Shown here: positions 38,653 through 51,640 of the stretch, in pieces
Layout of the letters: the number at the start of each line of letters is the position of its first letter
Position numbering within the stretch: the stretch's first letter is position 1
From: Nymphaea colorata
Lineage: Eukaryota
Direction: 5' to 3'
DNA: 64,000 bases
NCBI RefSeq assembly: GCF_008831285.2
Contig: NC_045138.2
Span: 19,902,001 to 19,966,000, forward strand
Program-made: the position numbers and the translations under genes
Notes under the pieces: model-generated
Told to the model about the DNA's origin: nothing
Seen by the model: only the letters and a program-made list of their open reading frames with translations
Database searches by the model: none

Positions 38653-41640
38653 TAAGAGACGACCTTTTTTTAGTGTACCTCTCTCGGACACACTTTCCAA
38701 TGCATGACTCTAACTGCACCAACTCAACTATGCCAAGCCCAAGAAAGTGGTTCCCCTAAGTGAGAAAAACAAGCAATTTTCTTTGTGAGAATAAGATGTC
38801 TTCGTGAGTAAAATAGGATTTGGTGTATAGTATCGATATAGAATCGTAGATGTTCCAGAGTTCTTCAAATGAGGAAACCACCAACGAAGCTCAATACTTA
38901 AGATCATGAACTGTATCGTGATTTTCTGGAACCAAAACAACGACATTTCTAGATCTGCCAAATTTTTCGACTCTGCAACCTTTTTGGTCGGTATAAAAGC
39001 TGTCACTTTAAGGGGCATCAACGCTATTAAACTATTTACACCACGTTCCCATTATGTGAATCTTGTGCCACAAAATTCAAACACTAGCCCCACCACTCTC
39101 ACCAACCATAAACTATTTCTCATTACAATGATGCTCTGTTCTTCTTCTCATAGAACAAGCACATGGAAATGGTTCGAATTCGAATAGTTTAATTAAAACT
39201 GGATTTGGTACAAGGAAAAAAAGAAAAATCCAGGCAACATTCTAACCATTTAGATCCTTTGCACATGAGAACAGCTTCCCATGTAAAGTGAGGCACATGA
39301 AAGAAATTAATAACATGCATCATGCATGGTTCACGGCTCTCGCTTCATAATGAAATACTCGTCCTGCTCACCCGGAAAACAACTTATTTTTTCATTCTTG
39401 AATGGTGTTAAATTTTGATTGATGGGTAGAAGTGTCGAAAATTAGTAAACACGACAACAACATAATGTCACTGTCCCATGAATCTGCCATAAAAATGAGC
39501 CAGTTCCATAAGATGTTGTAATATATTGTTTCATGAATATGCCCCATTTTGTGGGCCAAGTTCATGGGACAGTTAACAGTGTATAATTGTTACCAAATGG
39601 TCCCATAACTTTTTTATGCATTTTAGATTGAAAATGAGAGACCAACTGTAATATTGCATGATATGACAAATATAATGAGGCATACTGCAGAATAGAGATG
39701 TCAATGGATCGGATCACAGGGTTAGTTGGATAGTGATATGTTTGGATTCAAATTCAAACGAATAGAAGTGTTGTCTCTGGATCCAATTATTGAAACCACA
39801 ACCAAATCTGATCCAATATCTGACTTGGAACAGCAAGTCTGATAATCAAATCTGCGTTCCATTCCAAATATAAAAAGATTTTAGTGTTTAAAAAAAAAAA
39901 AAACCTAAAGTAGGAACACAAATCCCCTCTTCCTTTTGCGTCAAGTGTAAGCTATCCGTTATCATACATATAGGAGATTTCATGCAAAGCCAAACACGAA
40001 CTCAAATCTAGTCGGATGTCATTTTCCAATACCAAATTCAATCTGATTCCTTTTTCAGATTTCATAATTTATTCCACACTCAACGAATTTGAAGTGAGCT
40101 TTTCAAGTATTAAATCTGATATATTCATATCCTAATGCTTTATAAGTGTGAGCCGTAAACATCACAATTCAAAGTTAAAACTAACTTTAAAACTGCGTTT
40201 AATGGTAACTAATTTTATGAAAAGCCCAGCTTCCTTTATAAAATGACGTGAATAACTTCCACACTGAGGTTTTTCACAGAAAACATCATTTTGATCTTAT
40301 CACCCAAACACACGAATCAGACTGTGGAAATGGTTAAAAAGAAAATCACAAGCCTGATTTTGGCAAATCTACTTTTTTAGAGGGCATCATCCAAATACAA
40401 TTAAAGATCTTCTTTGTTTTGAATGATTACTAAAACCTTATTTCAAAAGATCGGATGGGAAAATAATATCCAAGAAATAGACTCTTTTTTTTTTAATTAT
40501 TTTGATTACTTTGAATTAGAAATGATGAGTTCATAAACGTATCGGTTGATATGCAATGTCAGTCGACAAGCCGATACGGAGAAATACCAAATCGACAAAA
40601 TTACTTATTGACTTTATTTCGCAGGCAATACAACCCAACTTGTAGCCAAGTGGTGAAGATGTTGTCCGACAAAAGAAAAGAGTTTTTTTTTTAAGTAGAA
40701 AATATAACACTATTTTCTCATAAAAGGTTTTTTTTTTCTATTTTTAGTTATTTATATGTATATTTTTTCTATTTATTAAAAATAAATATATGTATATTTT
40801 GTCTATTTCTTAATGCAGAGTCCGGAAGATCTAAAATTGGTTCGGGATTGTGTTCATATCGGGTCGGATCTCCACCGTTGCATTTATTTATCACGGCGGC
40901 ATCAACTTGAACCGGGTTGGATCTGACAGCCGATACCAGCAGCAGAACTGGTCCGATCTGGGGCTTACAAGCAACAGCTGCGTCCTGTAAGCCACATAAA
41001 TCTAGCCGACAATTTGGAACTGGACCCCTACTGTGGGTCCAAGATCTTTATTAGACAGATCAAGACAGAACCTCCAACCATGTGTAAATGCACTAGGATC
41101 AGATCTACGGCTAGACCCGGACAAATCCCCACCAATTTCCCAACCTTTCACCTTAAAAACCGGCGGTAAGAAACCGAATTTATGTCCTTTCCGGGTCCAG
41201 ATCTGGATCCAGAACTAATCGGGTTCACAGCGATCCAGATTTGGATGGGAAAGGGTAATATGAGAAGACCCACGATCCGTATTACGGATATATGGCATGC
41301 AATCAGCAAGTCTGGATATCCATCAGAACCGAAAACCGTTGAGAGTCCATTAATCCAGATCGGAAGCTGGCAATGAATCTGAATCGGATCATTGGTCTGA
41401 AGTACTGTACTAAAATGAACCAAACGGATCCTTCATTTGTTAGAGATCATGCCCAAATTGGATTCATAAACTTTCATTTGCTGGAAGAAAGTTTGGTTCA
41501 CTTTTCGGAAGTTGGGTTCAGCAGCTAAGGGTGGCCCCCTTCCGGACTTAGATTTGGATTTAGTGCCAAGTTTTCACATTCTGATCCAAATTTTTCTTCT
41601 TCTTGCATCTGAAAAATCCAGACAAAGAACTAAATCTAAT

Positions 41641-41764
41641 GGGGTGTTTGTACGGCAGATCTGAAGTCCTACCCCTCCTTTTGTCTGACCTTAAATCCAC
41701 GGATTTTTTTCTGTTAATGGGTCCTTTGCAGTGTGGACTCAGATCCAAAGCTTAAATACACCCT
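41641..41764. mobile_element. Short hAT-like element
   Basis: Ends GGGGTGTTT / AAATACACCCT with an exact 8-bp flanking duplication AATCTAAT. Confidence 0.55.
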
Positions 41765-42290
41765 AATCTAATTTAAACTTAGTCTTAAGTTTTATAAAGA
41801 AAAGTTCAATCCTATGGAATCGGATTTTATACTATTTTGGATCTAGATCTAAGTCTTATTTTCAAAAGATAGGATCCAAACTCGAATAGGAACTCGGGGA
41901 CGGAATCGATAGGGTTGGATTCGATAAAGTCAGAATCGCATCCGAGTCCGAGCCGCTGAGGTTTTTTAATATTTTTTCCGTGCCAGTACAACTTTTAGTG
42001 ATAATTTTCACGTAAAGACCTATTTTACTATTTTAGGCCTCAGAGCCTCTTTAGTATAGAAAGTGAATTTTGATTAAGAAATTCAAAGTACTTTTTAAGG
42101 TGATAAGGATTAACTGCATCTATCAGCAAAAGCGAAGTGTGCAGAAAGGCAAGGACTGAAAGTGGTCTGGATTCAGTTAAAAGTGGGAGGAAAAGAGATT
42201 ATTCAAAGAGTTAATCACCAGAATTATAAAAGGGCGAAAAATGGGGACAAAAATGGAATTTCATCCAGAGTCTTGGGCGATTCATTCTTT

Positions 42291-42341
42291 CTTACCAACC
42301 CACCGGGCGTCTGGAGATCGGGGGCGCCCGCCGGCTATAAA
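42291..42341 (+). promoter_or_regulatory. Core promoter of methionine synthase: AC-element (ACCAACC) and TATA box (TATAAA 42336-42341)
   Basis: CTTACCAACC is followed about 35 nt later by CTATAAAT, then a pyrimidine-rich non-coding first exon ending at GAG|GTAAGG (42471/42472). Confidence 0.65.
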
Positions 42342-42471
42342 TGCTGCGATTCCCCGCCCTTCTCTCTCGCGCCTTTCGCCTCCCCGCTTCTCTCTCCCTT
42401 CCTTGCTGCCCTCTGCGTCCTCCCTCTCACGCTCTTGAACTCGTCAAGGGGTCCAAGGCCACACGTTTGAG

Positions 42472-43727
42472 GTAAGGTCGCCTCGGGTTTTCCGCCCTGC
42501 GACGATCCTCTTCTTATTTCTCCCGTTTCTTTTCTCCGTCAGTTTCCGTCTATCTGTAGTGTTTTCTCTCTTTCTTTCTCTGCGCTTGCTTTGATCGAAG
42601 GATCTGTAGTTCCGAAGGTTTCTTCTTTTGCTGCTTCATCTGTTGGCCGATACTCTCTGATTTTGTTCATACTAGCAGCGAGGAAAAGCAGTAGCGTCTG
42701 GGATCGTTTAGGAGGTGAAGTATCTTTTCTAGTGGTCTACTGTGCTTGAGATCTGGATTTTAAGTGGCCTGGTAGATCTGGCTTCACGTGATTTTGTCCC
42801 GATCGGAACTTTCTTGAGTCGGATTCGGAGAAATTATAGTGATAAGAGTGAAGGTCTTTGTTTCTTGGGATCTGGCCTTCATCCTCTGTTTCTTCCTCTT
42901 GACGACGATTTTAGTGAGGTTTATGTGATGCTGTGACTGTATGTAGGAAAAGTTCGGATTTTTTTGCGTATAAGAAAATTTCTTTTGGATCTGTGTCGGG
43001 ATGGGCGACAAAAAATTGTAGATCTGCTTCTTGAAGTCTTGGATCTAACTGTTTCATGGAATTTCAATGTTATGTCATTTACTGTAGTTTCTTTTTTCAT
43101 TAATTCTTGTTTTTGAGATCTCCTTTCATGATTCTTTTCGTGCTCATTGAACTTCTAAATTTGCTTTTAACTTTTAACTCCTCTACAACCAGAATTTTGT
43201 TTATCCATTCCAAGTGCTTCATGTCCCTTGTCTCATTAATGTTTTTAAACCTAAGGCGCATGTCTTTAGCTTCAGTTGCTTTTTTTAATCGTTTTAGTTT
43301 GCCTAGTTCCGGATCCAATCGTACACCGACATTGCACGGATCTGTATTTCGAATTCCTTTACCAGATTCCTGGCTTCAACTTATTCATCTGGATCTGAAA
43401 TTGTTTTAACCAGTTCCTCTGGATCTGAAATTTCTTGTAACATACTTATCTCGATCTGAAACTGTTTTTAAGATCGTGAATGGCTTTTAATGTAAGCTTT
43501 TTTCCCTTGTTATTGCACCGCTTATTTGCAGATTCTTCATCCCTGCAATCTCTGCACCTTTTCTTTAATTTCTGGTATCTGGTTTCTCTTTCTTTTCTCT
43601 CCACAAATGTTGTAGTGGGCCTCAGATCTACTCTTTTTTTTTTTTTTGCGAACTTAGCTTATCTAATGCACTAGTATTATTGCTCGATACATCTCTCTAA
43701 TTATTTAATGCATGTCTGTTCAATCAG
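42472..43727 (+). other. 5'-UTR (leader) intron of methionine synthase, about 1.26 kb
   Basis: GTAAGG donor at 42472; U-rich body with many GATCTG-like words; TCAATCAG acceptor ending 4 nt before the ATG at 43732. Confidence 0.75.
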
Positions 43728-43731
43728 CATC

Positions 43732-46700
43732 ATGGCATCACATATTGTTGGATACCCCCGCATGGGCCCAAAGAGGGAGCTTAAATTTGCACTGGAGTCA
43801 TTCTGGGATGGGAAGAGCAGCGCTGAAGACCTACAGAAGGTTGCCAAGGATCTAAGATTGTCCATCTGGAAGCAGATGGCTGGTGCTGGGATCAAGTACA
43901 TCCCCAGCAACACCTTTTCTTACTATGATCAGGTCCTTGATACCACGGCGATGCTCGGGGCAGTTCCTCCCAGGTATGGCTGGAATGGTGGAGAGATCGG
44001 ATTCGACACCTACTTCTCCATGGCCAGAGGAAATGCTACCCTTCCTGCTATGGAGATGACCAAATGGTTTGACACCAACTAGTAAGTGTCTACCTCTGCC
44101 TTGCTTCTCTGTTCATCAACTTAAATTCTGAAGATTGCTGAAAAATCTTTCTAATGGTTGTAAATTAGTTTTAGTGCTGTCCAATTTTGATTTTTTTAAT
44201 GTTTTTGTGTATTTTTCTGACAATATTTTGATAAAACAGCCACTTTATTGTGCCCGAGCTGGGACCTGAACTGAAGTTCTCGTACGCATCACACAAAGCT
44301 GTATCTGAATACAAGGAGGCAAAGGAGGTATTCGTCTATCTAAAACAATAACTTCATTTTCTTAGTTGAAAAGGGCTTTCCAAAACCAAAAATGCAGAAT
44401 TTGTTATCAAAACTTGTCAATCTTTGGCTACTCACTGGATCTGGGAAGCTTAACTGATTTTAATGCGTGATGCAGATTGGAGTTGACACTGTTCCCGTCA
44501 TCGTTGGTCCCGTCTCCTATTTGTTGCTGTCAAAGCCAGCTAAGGGTGTCGAGAAATCTTTCTCTCTTCTGTCTCTGTTGGGAAAGATCCTTCCAGTCTA
44601 CAAGTGAGAATTCTGTAGCTTATCTGGCTAGTCATCCTGTTGGATTCATATGAGGGCGTTTTCTCATAGTTATCTGTCCATCTCTGAACAGGGAAGTCAT
44701 TGCTGAACTGAAGGCAGCTGGAGCAACCTGGATCCAATTTGATGAACCCACCCTTGTTTTGGATTTGGACTCCCACAAACTGCAAGCTTTTGTTGAGGCA
44801 TACACAGAGTTGGAGTCATCCTTCTCTGGCTTGAATGTTCTTGTCGAAACCTACTTCGCTGATGTCCCTGCCGAGGCATACAAGTAGGTTTCTTTTTAGT
44901 CCATTATTATTGTGTTGCTTTCCATCACTCCGGTAGATTCTTCAGTTTGTTGGAACCCAAGCTTTACCCTGGCAACTTAAGCTTACTGTACCCAACTTTG
45001 TTTTTTCCTTCTCGCTCAGGATCATCACTTCATTGAATGGTATTTCTGGCTATGGTTTTGATTTCGTTCGTGGAACAAAGACTCTTGACTTGATCAAAGA
45101 GGGTTTCCCTGCTGGCAAATTCTTATTTGCTGGAGTAGTTGATGGAAGGAACATCTGGGCTAATGATCTCGCATCGTCTCTTAGCACCCTCCATGAGCTT
45201 GAGTCTATTGTCGGCAAGGGTATGCAATTGCTTTTCAGTTTTTTCACTTAGATTCAGTACTAGGAGAGAACGAATGGCAGTTTTACTCTTAAAGAACAAA
45301 AAGGTGAACGTTTACTGATGTTGGTACATATTTTTTCCCTGCAGATAAGCTCGTTGTTTCCACTTCCTGCTCACTTATGCACACTGCCGTGGATCTTGTC
45401 AATGAGACCAAGCTCGACAGCGAGATCAAATCCTGGTTGGCGTTTGCTGCACAGAAGGTCGTTGAAGTGAATGCCTTGGCCAAGGCATTGGCTGCTGACA
45501 AAGATGAGGTACGGGATCATCTATTCGTTACTGGATTCTCCTTTTGTTTCACCGTCAAAAATACTGAAAACTGCTGAATTTAGGCGTTCTTCCATGCCAA
45601 TCACTCTGCGCTTGCATCGAGGAAATCCTCTCCAAGAGTTACTAATGAGGCTGTTCAGAAAGCTGTAAGTGATCCTGAAAGATGCAAATAGATAATTTTT
45701 TGTCTAAACATTTTGCGATGCTGTAAACATGCTTTATCTCAAATATGTTTCCTTGTGGCTTCAGGCTGCTGCCTTGAAGGGGTCCGATCACCGCCGTGCC
45801 ACCCCAGTAAGTGATAGATTGGATGCACAACAGAAGAAGCTAAACCTCCCCGTTCTCCCAACAACTACAATTGGGTCTTTCCCTCAAACTCCGGAGCTTA
45901 GGAGAGTGCGCCGTGAATACAAGGCCAAAAAGTGCGTTCTTACTTTCATTGGTCGTTGTGCTTAATTTTGGCATTTGCTTATGGAGATTTTGGTGTTACA
46001 AAGCTAAAATTCTGAAACGATCGCAGGATCACGGAAGAAGAATATGTTAATGCTATCAAGGAGGAAATCCAGAAAGTGGTCAAGTTGCAGGAAGAGCTTG
46101 ACATCGATGTCCTTGTGCATGGAGAGCCAGAGGTAAAAGATAATCTCACGATTTATTTTGTTCTGGCAATCTGAATTTCACTTTATTTTCTTTGTAACTG
46201 TCGAGTTCCTCGGGTCTTCGATTTAAAGCACTAAGAAGTCTATCGAATCCTTCACTCTGCAGAGGAACGACATGGTTGAGTACTTCGGAGAACAGCTGCA
46301 AGGCTTCGTTTTCACTGTTAACGGGTGGGTGCAATCGTATGGATCTCGATGTGTCAAGCCACCAATCATCTACGGCGATGTAAGCCGCCCCAACCCCATG
46401 ACAGTCTTCTGGTCCTCGACAGCCCAGAGCATGACGAGCCGTCCCATGAAGGGAATGCTCACGGGTCCTGTCACCATCCTCAACTGGTCCTTTGTGAGAA
46501 ACGACCAGCCTAGGTTCGAAACATGTTACCAGATTGCCTTGGCCATCAAGGACGAAGTCGAGGACCTTGAAGCAGCTGGAATTCAGGTAAGCTTTTGTAC
46601 ATTGAAGTCAGACTCCACGTTTCGAACTCATATGAAGTATCGTTCATGCTATCTGTTAATCTATTTCCAGGTAATCCAAATCGATGAGGCTGCCCTCAGA

Positions 46701-47252
46701 GAAGGACTGCCCCTGCGCAAGTCAGAGCAGGCTTTCTACTTGGACTGGGCTGTTCACTCTTTCAGAATCACGAATGTTGGCGTGAAGGACACCACTCAGG
46801 TACGCAAATTGTTTCCAATTCCAGTCATGTAGCAGTTTACTTGAACTTTCTGTTCACAGTTTAAAAATGACTTCTGTTCTCAGATCCATACTCACATGTG
46901 CTACTCTAACTTCAATGACATCATCCAATCTATCATCGACATGGACGCCGACGTGATCACCATCGAGAATTCCCGCTCTGATGAGAAGCTGCTTTCCGTC
47001 TTCCGCGAGGGTGTCAAGTACGGCGCTGGCATCGGCCCCGGTGTTTATGACATCCACTCTCCTAGGATCCCAACCACCGAGGAGATAGCAGACCGAGTGA
47101 ACAAGATGCTTGCTGTGCTCGAGACCAACATTTTGTGGGTGAACCCTGACTGTGGTCTCAAGACCAGGAAGTACAACGAGGTGGTTCCGGCGTTGACCAA
47201 CATGGTTGCTGCAGCCAAGATCCTCCGAACCCAGTTGGCCAGCGCTAAGTGA
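43732..47252 (+). CDS. METE: Cobalamin-independent methionine synthase (5-methyltetrahydropteroyltriglutamate-homocysteine methyltransferase), cytosolic; 12 coding exons, 765 aa
   Basis: Exons 43732-44081, 44240-44327, 44476-44603, 44692-44883, 45020-45219, 45345-45508, 45584-45664, 45765-45931, 46027-46132, 46263-46586, 46671-46799 and 46884-47252 total 2298 nt in frame. Hallmarks: [25 protein letters not shown] start, [21 protein letters not shown], Zn ligands in HTHMCYS and [11 protein letters not shown]. No transit peptide. Confidence 0.98.
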
Positions 47253-48313
47253 GTGGCGCAACCCCGCACCAATTGGGGTTTTTGAGCTCTTCACCTACCT
47301 TGCATAAAGAAGAAAAATTCAGATTGTATGGCATGTTGTAATAACTCTTTACCTAGTAGTCCTTGGTATTGTTTAGGCGACCTCGGTCTCTGGCCCATGT
47401 GATGCCTATCGGTGTTTCATTTGCAGATCCTTTTTTGCCTATTTTGAGTTTCCTTTTTCTCGATTTTCTTTTGCTGAAGGCGCAATAGCTCTATGTAATG
47501 TGATCCGAAAAGGTAATCTGAGATTGTTGTGCTATTTTCTTGGTTGGCTACTATTGGCTGTCTAAGATATCATTGTTCAATTGCTCTGTAATTTGGGTTA
47601 GACAGATCGGAGGTTTCGCTTAGCATTTATGGTGTCGACAAACATTCGTCTGGCAGACATTTACGTGAAAACTGCAGACCCTTGTTTTCTACGGTGGGCA
47701 GCCTTGGAGATTGCCAGTAAAGAGTAATTTAGTTCCAATTGCCAAGGCCTGGAGATGTCAGTCATATGTTTTCGCTATATGGTTTTAAATCTGCTTCAAA
47801 GAATGGATATTGTTATAGTTATATCTTACCTTCATGATCTGGTTCCTAGTATCTACCCGCATCGCTACTGATGTATTTTCTCAAGTAAAGTGGCTTAGGG
47901 AGACCAATTAACGAGCAATGAATAAATGATTGGGCAGTAGGAACCCTTGAAGGCCCAATTGACACAGCGGATCTTCTCCTTGACAGACAGCGATGAAATT
48001 TGTGCCTGACAAGGACATGGAAGGCTGCAGAGAGGAAGGATTGATACTTCTTTAGGGGATCTCATTAGGTTTTCAATTTAACACCCTTCACAATCTCTTG
48101 CCATCCACGATTCACCTGTACTGGTGAATCGATGCAACATAATATCTCAAAAAGTATGCAATTAGATCTTGAGAAGGTTAATTTTTTGGTGAAGTGGTAA
48201 AAGAAGTTAATCTGTTTTCTCATAGTTTTAAATGTAAGCATGTCACTCTTATTGTTCAAAACTTATAAATTCATTCTTAAATGGGTTCTAAATTTCATTA
48301 TATGTGCATTTGT

Positions 48314-48481
48314 CAGGGTAGAGCCAAGGTGAGGTCCACATGGTCCCTGGCCCCACTTCAATTTTTTTTTTAAAAAAAATTATATGTAAAATTTAGAAAA
48401 TAAAAATGATATTTCGGCTCTAGTCAAAATTTACAAACTTTAATTCAGTCCCCTTCATAAAAAATTTCTGGCTCCGCCCTT
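48314..48481. mobile_element. hAT-type MITE (GGCGGAGCC-end family)
   Basis: Ends CAGGGTAGAGCCA / TGGCTCCGCCCTT; exact 8-bp TSD GCATTTGT (48306-48313, 48482-48489); AT-rich core. Confidence 0.8.
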
Positions 48482-49150
48482 GCATTTGTGCCTTTTGGTA
48501 TATTATCTTTTGGTAATTGTTTTCATATTCTTATATGTTTAAGGCATATGCCTCATTTCATGATTGACTCAACAGCTCATGTATCTTGGAATCTTCACAG
48601 TTTGAATGAAATCTTATAAAAAACTAATATTTTCTATATGTAAACGGCTCTTTAAGAATTTTTTTAAAAGTTGAGTGCCAATCTGTTAACTTTTAACAAT
48701 AGAGTAATTTAATATTTGCTCAAACTCTAGAGCCTTTTTTTCAATCTTTTTTAAAGTTGTGTCTAGTTTTAACTTTGCTTAATAATATACTTGTCTTTAA
48801 ATAGTGATTAACTAATGTTATGGAAACGGGACAGTTAAGCTGTTGATCAAGTAAGTAAGCATCTGTTTTTTTTTAGCATTGAATACATTTTAGGATTCCT
48901 GAGTGAGCAGGAGGAATATTTCATCCTACTACTTGTCTCTTCAAGGTATATGGTCTGCTTCTACACCTGTCGTGTTTCAACGGTCAATAGCTCCCCGTTT
49001 GCGGCGTAAGAAATTTGGCGCCTCAAATATTCAAAAGAACAAATTTCAGCATTTCATCAACACATTTAAAGAATGTACCAACCTTGAGGAGATAAAAATA
49101 CCATAAGCAATCTTCAATAACACAATTTATTGATCAGGCTTGTTCATTTT

Positions 49151-50459
49151 TCAGAAATGAGGAAAAACAGGAAACTTTTCAAGCGCAAAAGTTTCACCAA
49201 TCTCCTTTTTCCACCGGTTCCAATCTTCCACCGAGTATCCTTGCCGATACGCTACGTACAAGCCGAGCACCGTAGCAAGCGTTGCGAGGCCCACACAAGC
49301 CGATACGATTCGCTTCCTCCGAGTCCCCAAACAAAAATCGAGTCGGTCCCTCCATCCGCGTCCAGGCTTGCCATCGCTATCTGTCGGGGCTTCTCCGGTG
49401 GCCGGAGAACCCTCCTCGGCCACCAGCGGCGGCATCTTCTTGAAGGGCATGATGACGTGAAGGATTCCGGAGTCGAACTTGGCCTTGATGGCGCCGTGAT
49501 CGACGCCGTCAGGAATGGGAAACGATTCCTCAAAGCGACTCGACTTCTTCGAGTCGATTCGGCGCTGCCCACTGACCCTGAGTCGGCCCGAGCCATCGGT
49601 CTGCACTCTGAGTTCGTCCCTCTTGAAGTCTAGCAAGTAAAGCAAACCAAGAAATCTCATGAGAAAATTATTGGAAAGATTAAAACAGGAATCCAAATTT
49701 GATTCAAATCGAACTTCGGAATTAGCACCCAAATTCAACTTTTAAATACACAATCAAATCTGGAGCGCATTCTGACATGCTAAAAGCTGGCTATCACAGA
49801 TTCACAATGTATTAGTTTGGACGTAAGATATTTATCTTTGAATATGATTGAATATTGAAACTAAATACGACGCTGAATCAGATCATATGTAACTTATTAT
49901 ATCAAAATCCCATCCGACTTAAATTGGGGTGTTAACATTTTTGAAGAATAAGAGAGAGAGAGAGAACACCTTACAAAACCATCAATCCAACAAACTATGT
50001 TAAACCCTTTTTTAGAGAGAGAAAGAGAACACCATTCTATCGGAATGGAACTGATGATGGGCCTTTTACCAAACCAACAATCCCACCAGTTAACTTAAAC
50101 CTTTTTCTAGAAAGAGAGAGAGAAAGAACAACATTCTATCATAATCGAACTGATGATGGTCTTTTTACCAAACCATCAATCCGACCAGCTATATTAAACC
50201 CTTTTAGAGAGAGAAAGAGAGAGAGAGAGAACACCATTCTATCAGAATCAAACTATGACGCGCCCTTTACCAAACCATCAAATCCGACCAGCTATTTTAA
50301 ACTCTTTTTTAGAGAGAGAGAGAGAGAGAGAGGTGCAATACCAGGGAGTTCAATTTGGAGAACTTTACTTTCTTCATCTTCACACCAACGTGACTTGGGC
50401 TGGTAATCAAAGACCTTAGAGGAGGTCTTAGCAGGAGCATTTGAGCTTGAGGACGCCAT
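49151..50459 (-). CDS. Alpha-crystallin-domain (Hsp20-like) protein with C-terminal transmembrane helix, RTM2-like; 2 exons, 198 aa
   Basis: Exon 1 50459-50342 (MASSSSNAPAK...YQPKSRWCEDEESKVLQIELP) and exon 2 49629-49151 (DFKRDELRVQTDGSGRLRVSGQR...RFEESFPIPDGVDHGAIKAKFDSGILHVIMP...IVSACVGLATLATVLGLYVAY) total 597 nt in frame with a GT-AG intron. An ACD core plus a hydrophobic anchor is the RTM2-type architecture. Confidence 0.85.
49951..50332. repeat. Minisatellite of about 95-105-bp units with embedded (GA)n, about 3.5 copies, in the ACD gene intron
   Basis: (GA)n-ACACCATTCTATC...AACTGATGATGG..TTTTACCAAACCATCAATCC.ACCAG...TTAAAC.CTTTTT recurs at about 50013, 50109 and 50206, with a partial copy at 49951. 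Confidence 0.85.
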
Positions 50460-50531
50460 GGCCGAACTCTTTCTCTCTCTCTGTGATGTTGCAATACTCC
50501 TTTGCTGTTCCATTGCAACAATTCATGGATC

Positions 50532-50537
50532 TTTATA
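50532..50537 (-). promoter_or_regulatory. TATA box of the RTM2-like ACD gene
   Basis: CCTATAAAG on the minus strand about 75 nt upstream of ATG 50459. The expected TSS near 50505 makes the ATG at 50513 unlikely to be used. Confidence 0.55.
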
Positions 50538-51062
50538 GGCCATGGTTTGACGCTTTGGGAGCAGCTTTCTTGTACAGGGAGAATTAAGAATATTGGTTTT
50601 GATTGCTTCGTTCTTCGTCGGTGCATCCCTCTTTAATAAAAGGCGCATGCTTGTGGAGTCGTGCTTAGTTTTTTTTATTCTGATAATATCATTCACTACT
50701 GGGATAAGTTCCTAGATTGCTACTTTGGCATTCTTTCTTCCATACATCCCCACTTTCTTTGCCTTCAAATAATGAATATACTTGTCAAGGGCGCACAAGA
50801 TATTTGTCTGTTTTATTAATAGATGGAAATTTATTGTCTTGCAGAAGAATGTCATCTTAAGAAGTTGGGAAAATATAAATAAAATAACGAGAAATAATGA
50901 AAACGAGGAACATTAAAAAAATCATTTTTTTGGGTTACTTGTACTGCTTGAAGATGCAACCTAGCAATATAAAAAAAAGTTTGAAAAATCATAAGAAATT
51001 GATACATTTTGTTACAAAAAAATTAACATATCAACATTGCAATAAGATTTGATGAATGAATA

Positions 51063-51169
<107 letters not shown>

Positions 51170-51293
51170 ATATGTGTTTGGTGTTTCCTCTCTTAAAACC
51201 ATCCAATCAAACATAGGGGGACCAAACCAAAATAACAAAATTAAGCAAAAAAATAGATGTCTCACTAAGATTTAATGAATTAAAGATTCATGA

Positions 51294-51334
<41 letters not shown>

Positions 51335-51338
<4 letters not shown>

Positions 51339-51640
51339 AGGAACAACACACAATAAACTCTCCTCTCACACTCTCAAGAGGGGGTTAGAAGCAACAAGGA
51401 AGAAGACAATGATTTACGTGATTCAGAGCAATAATCTCCTCCGTCCACGGTCGCACAGATCTCTTGTATTCTCTCTCTCAGAAGAACACACAGACAGACA
51501 CACAACCAAGCGGCGGCCATCCTCAAAACATAAGGATTAGGGCAAACCCGCATTTGTACAAAATGACATATATGCCCTTACATGAGGAAAGCGGTATTGT
51601 AAATGAGTGTCCAGTATGAATAAAGTTCCATATACCAACA
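51335..51640. mobile_element. Solo LTR (TGTT...AACA) inserted in a (TA)n tract
   Basis: Begins TGTTAG and ends CCAACA; 306 bp; CT-rich tracts and ATTAGGGCAAACC typical of an LTR; (TA)n on both sides. Confidence 0.65.

Noticed and set aside
46854..47294. 146-aa minus-strand ORF, and the 167-aa + strand ORF at 49130-49633
   Set aside because: These are antisense shadows of GC-rich exons of methionine synthase and the ACD gene.
49951..50332. CRISPR-like repeat/spacer appearance
   Set aside because: Eukaryotic intron; the spacers are simple GA tracts, the units are degenerate and there are no cas genes.
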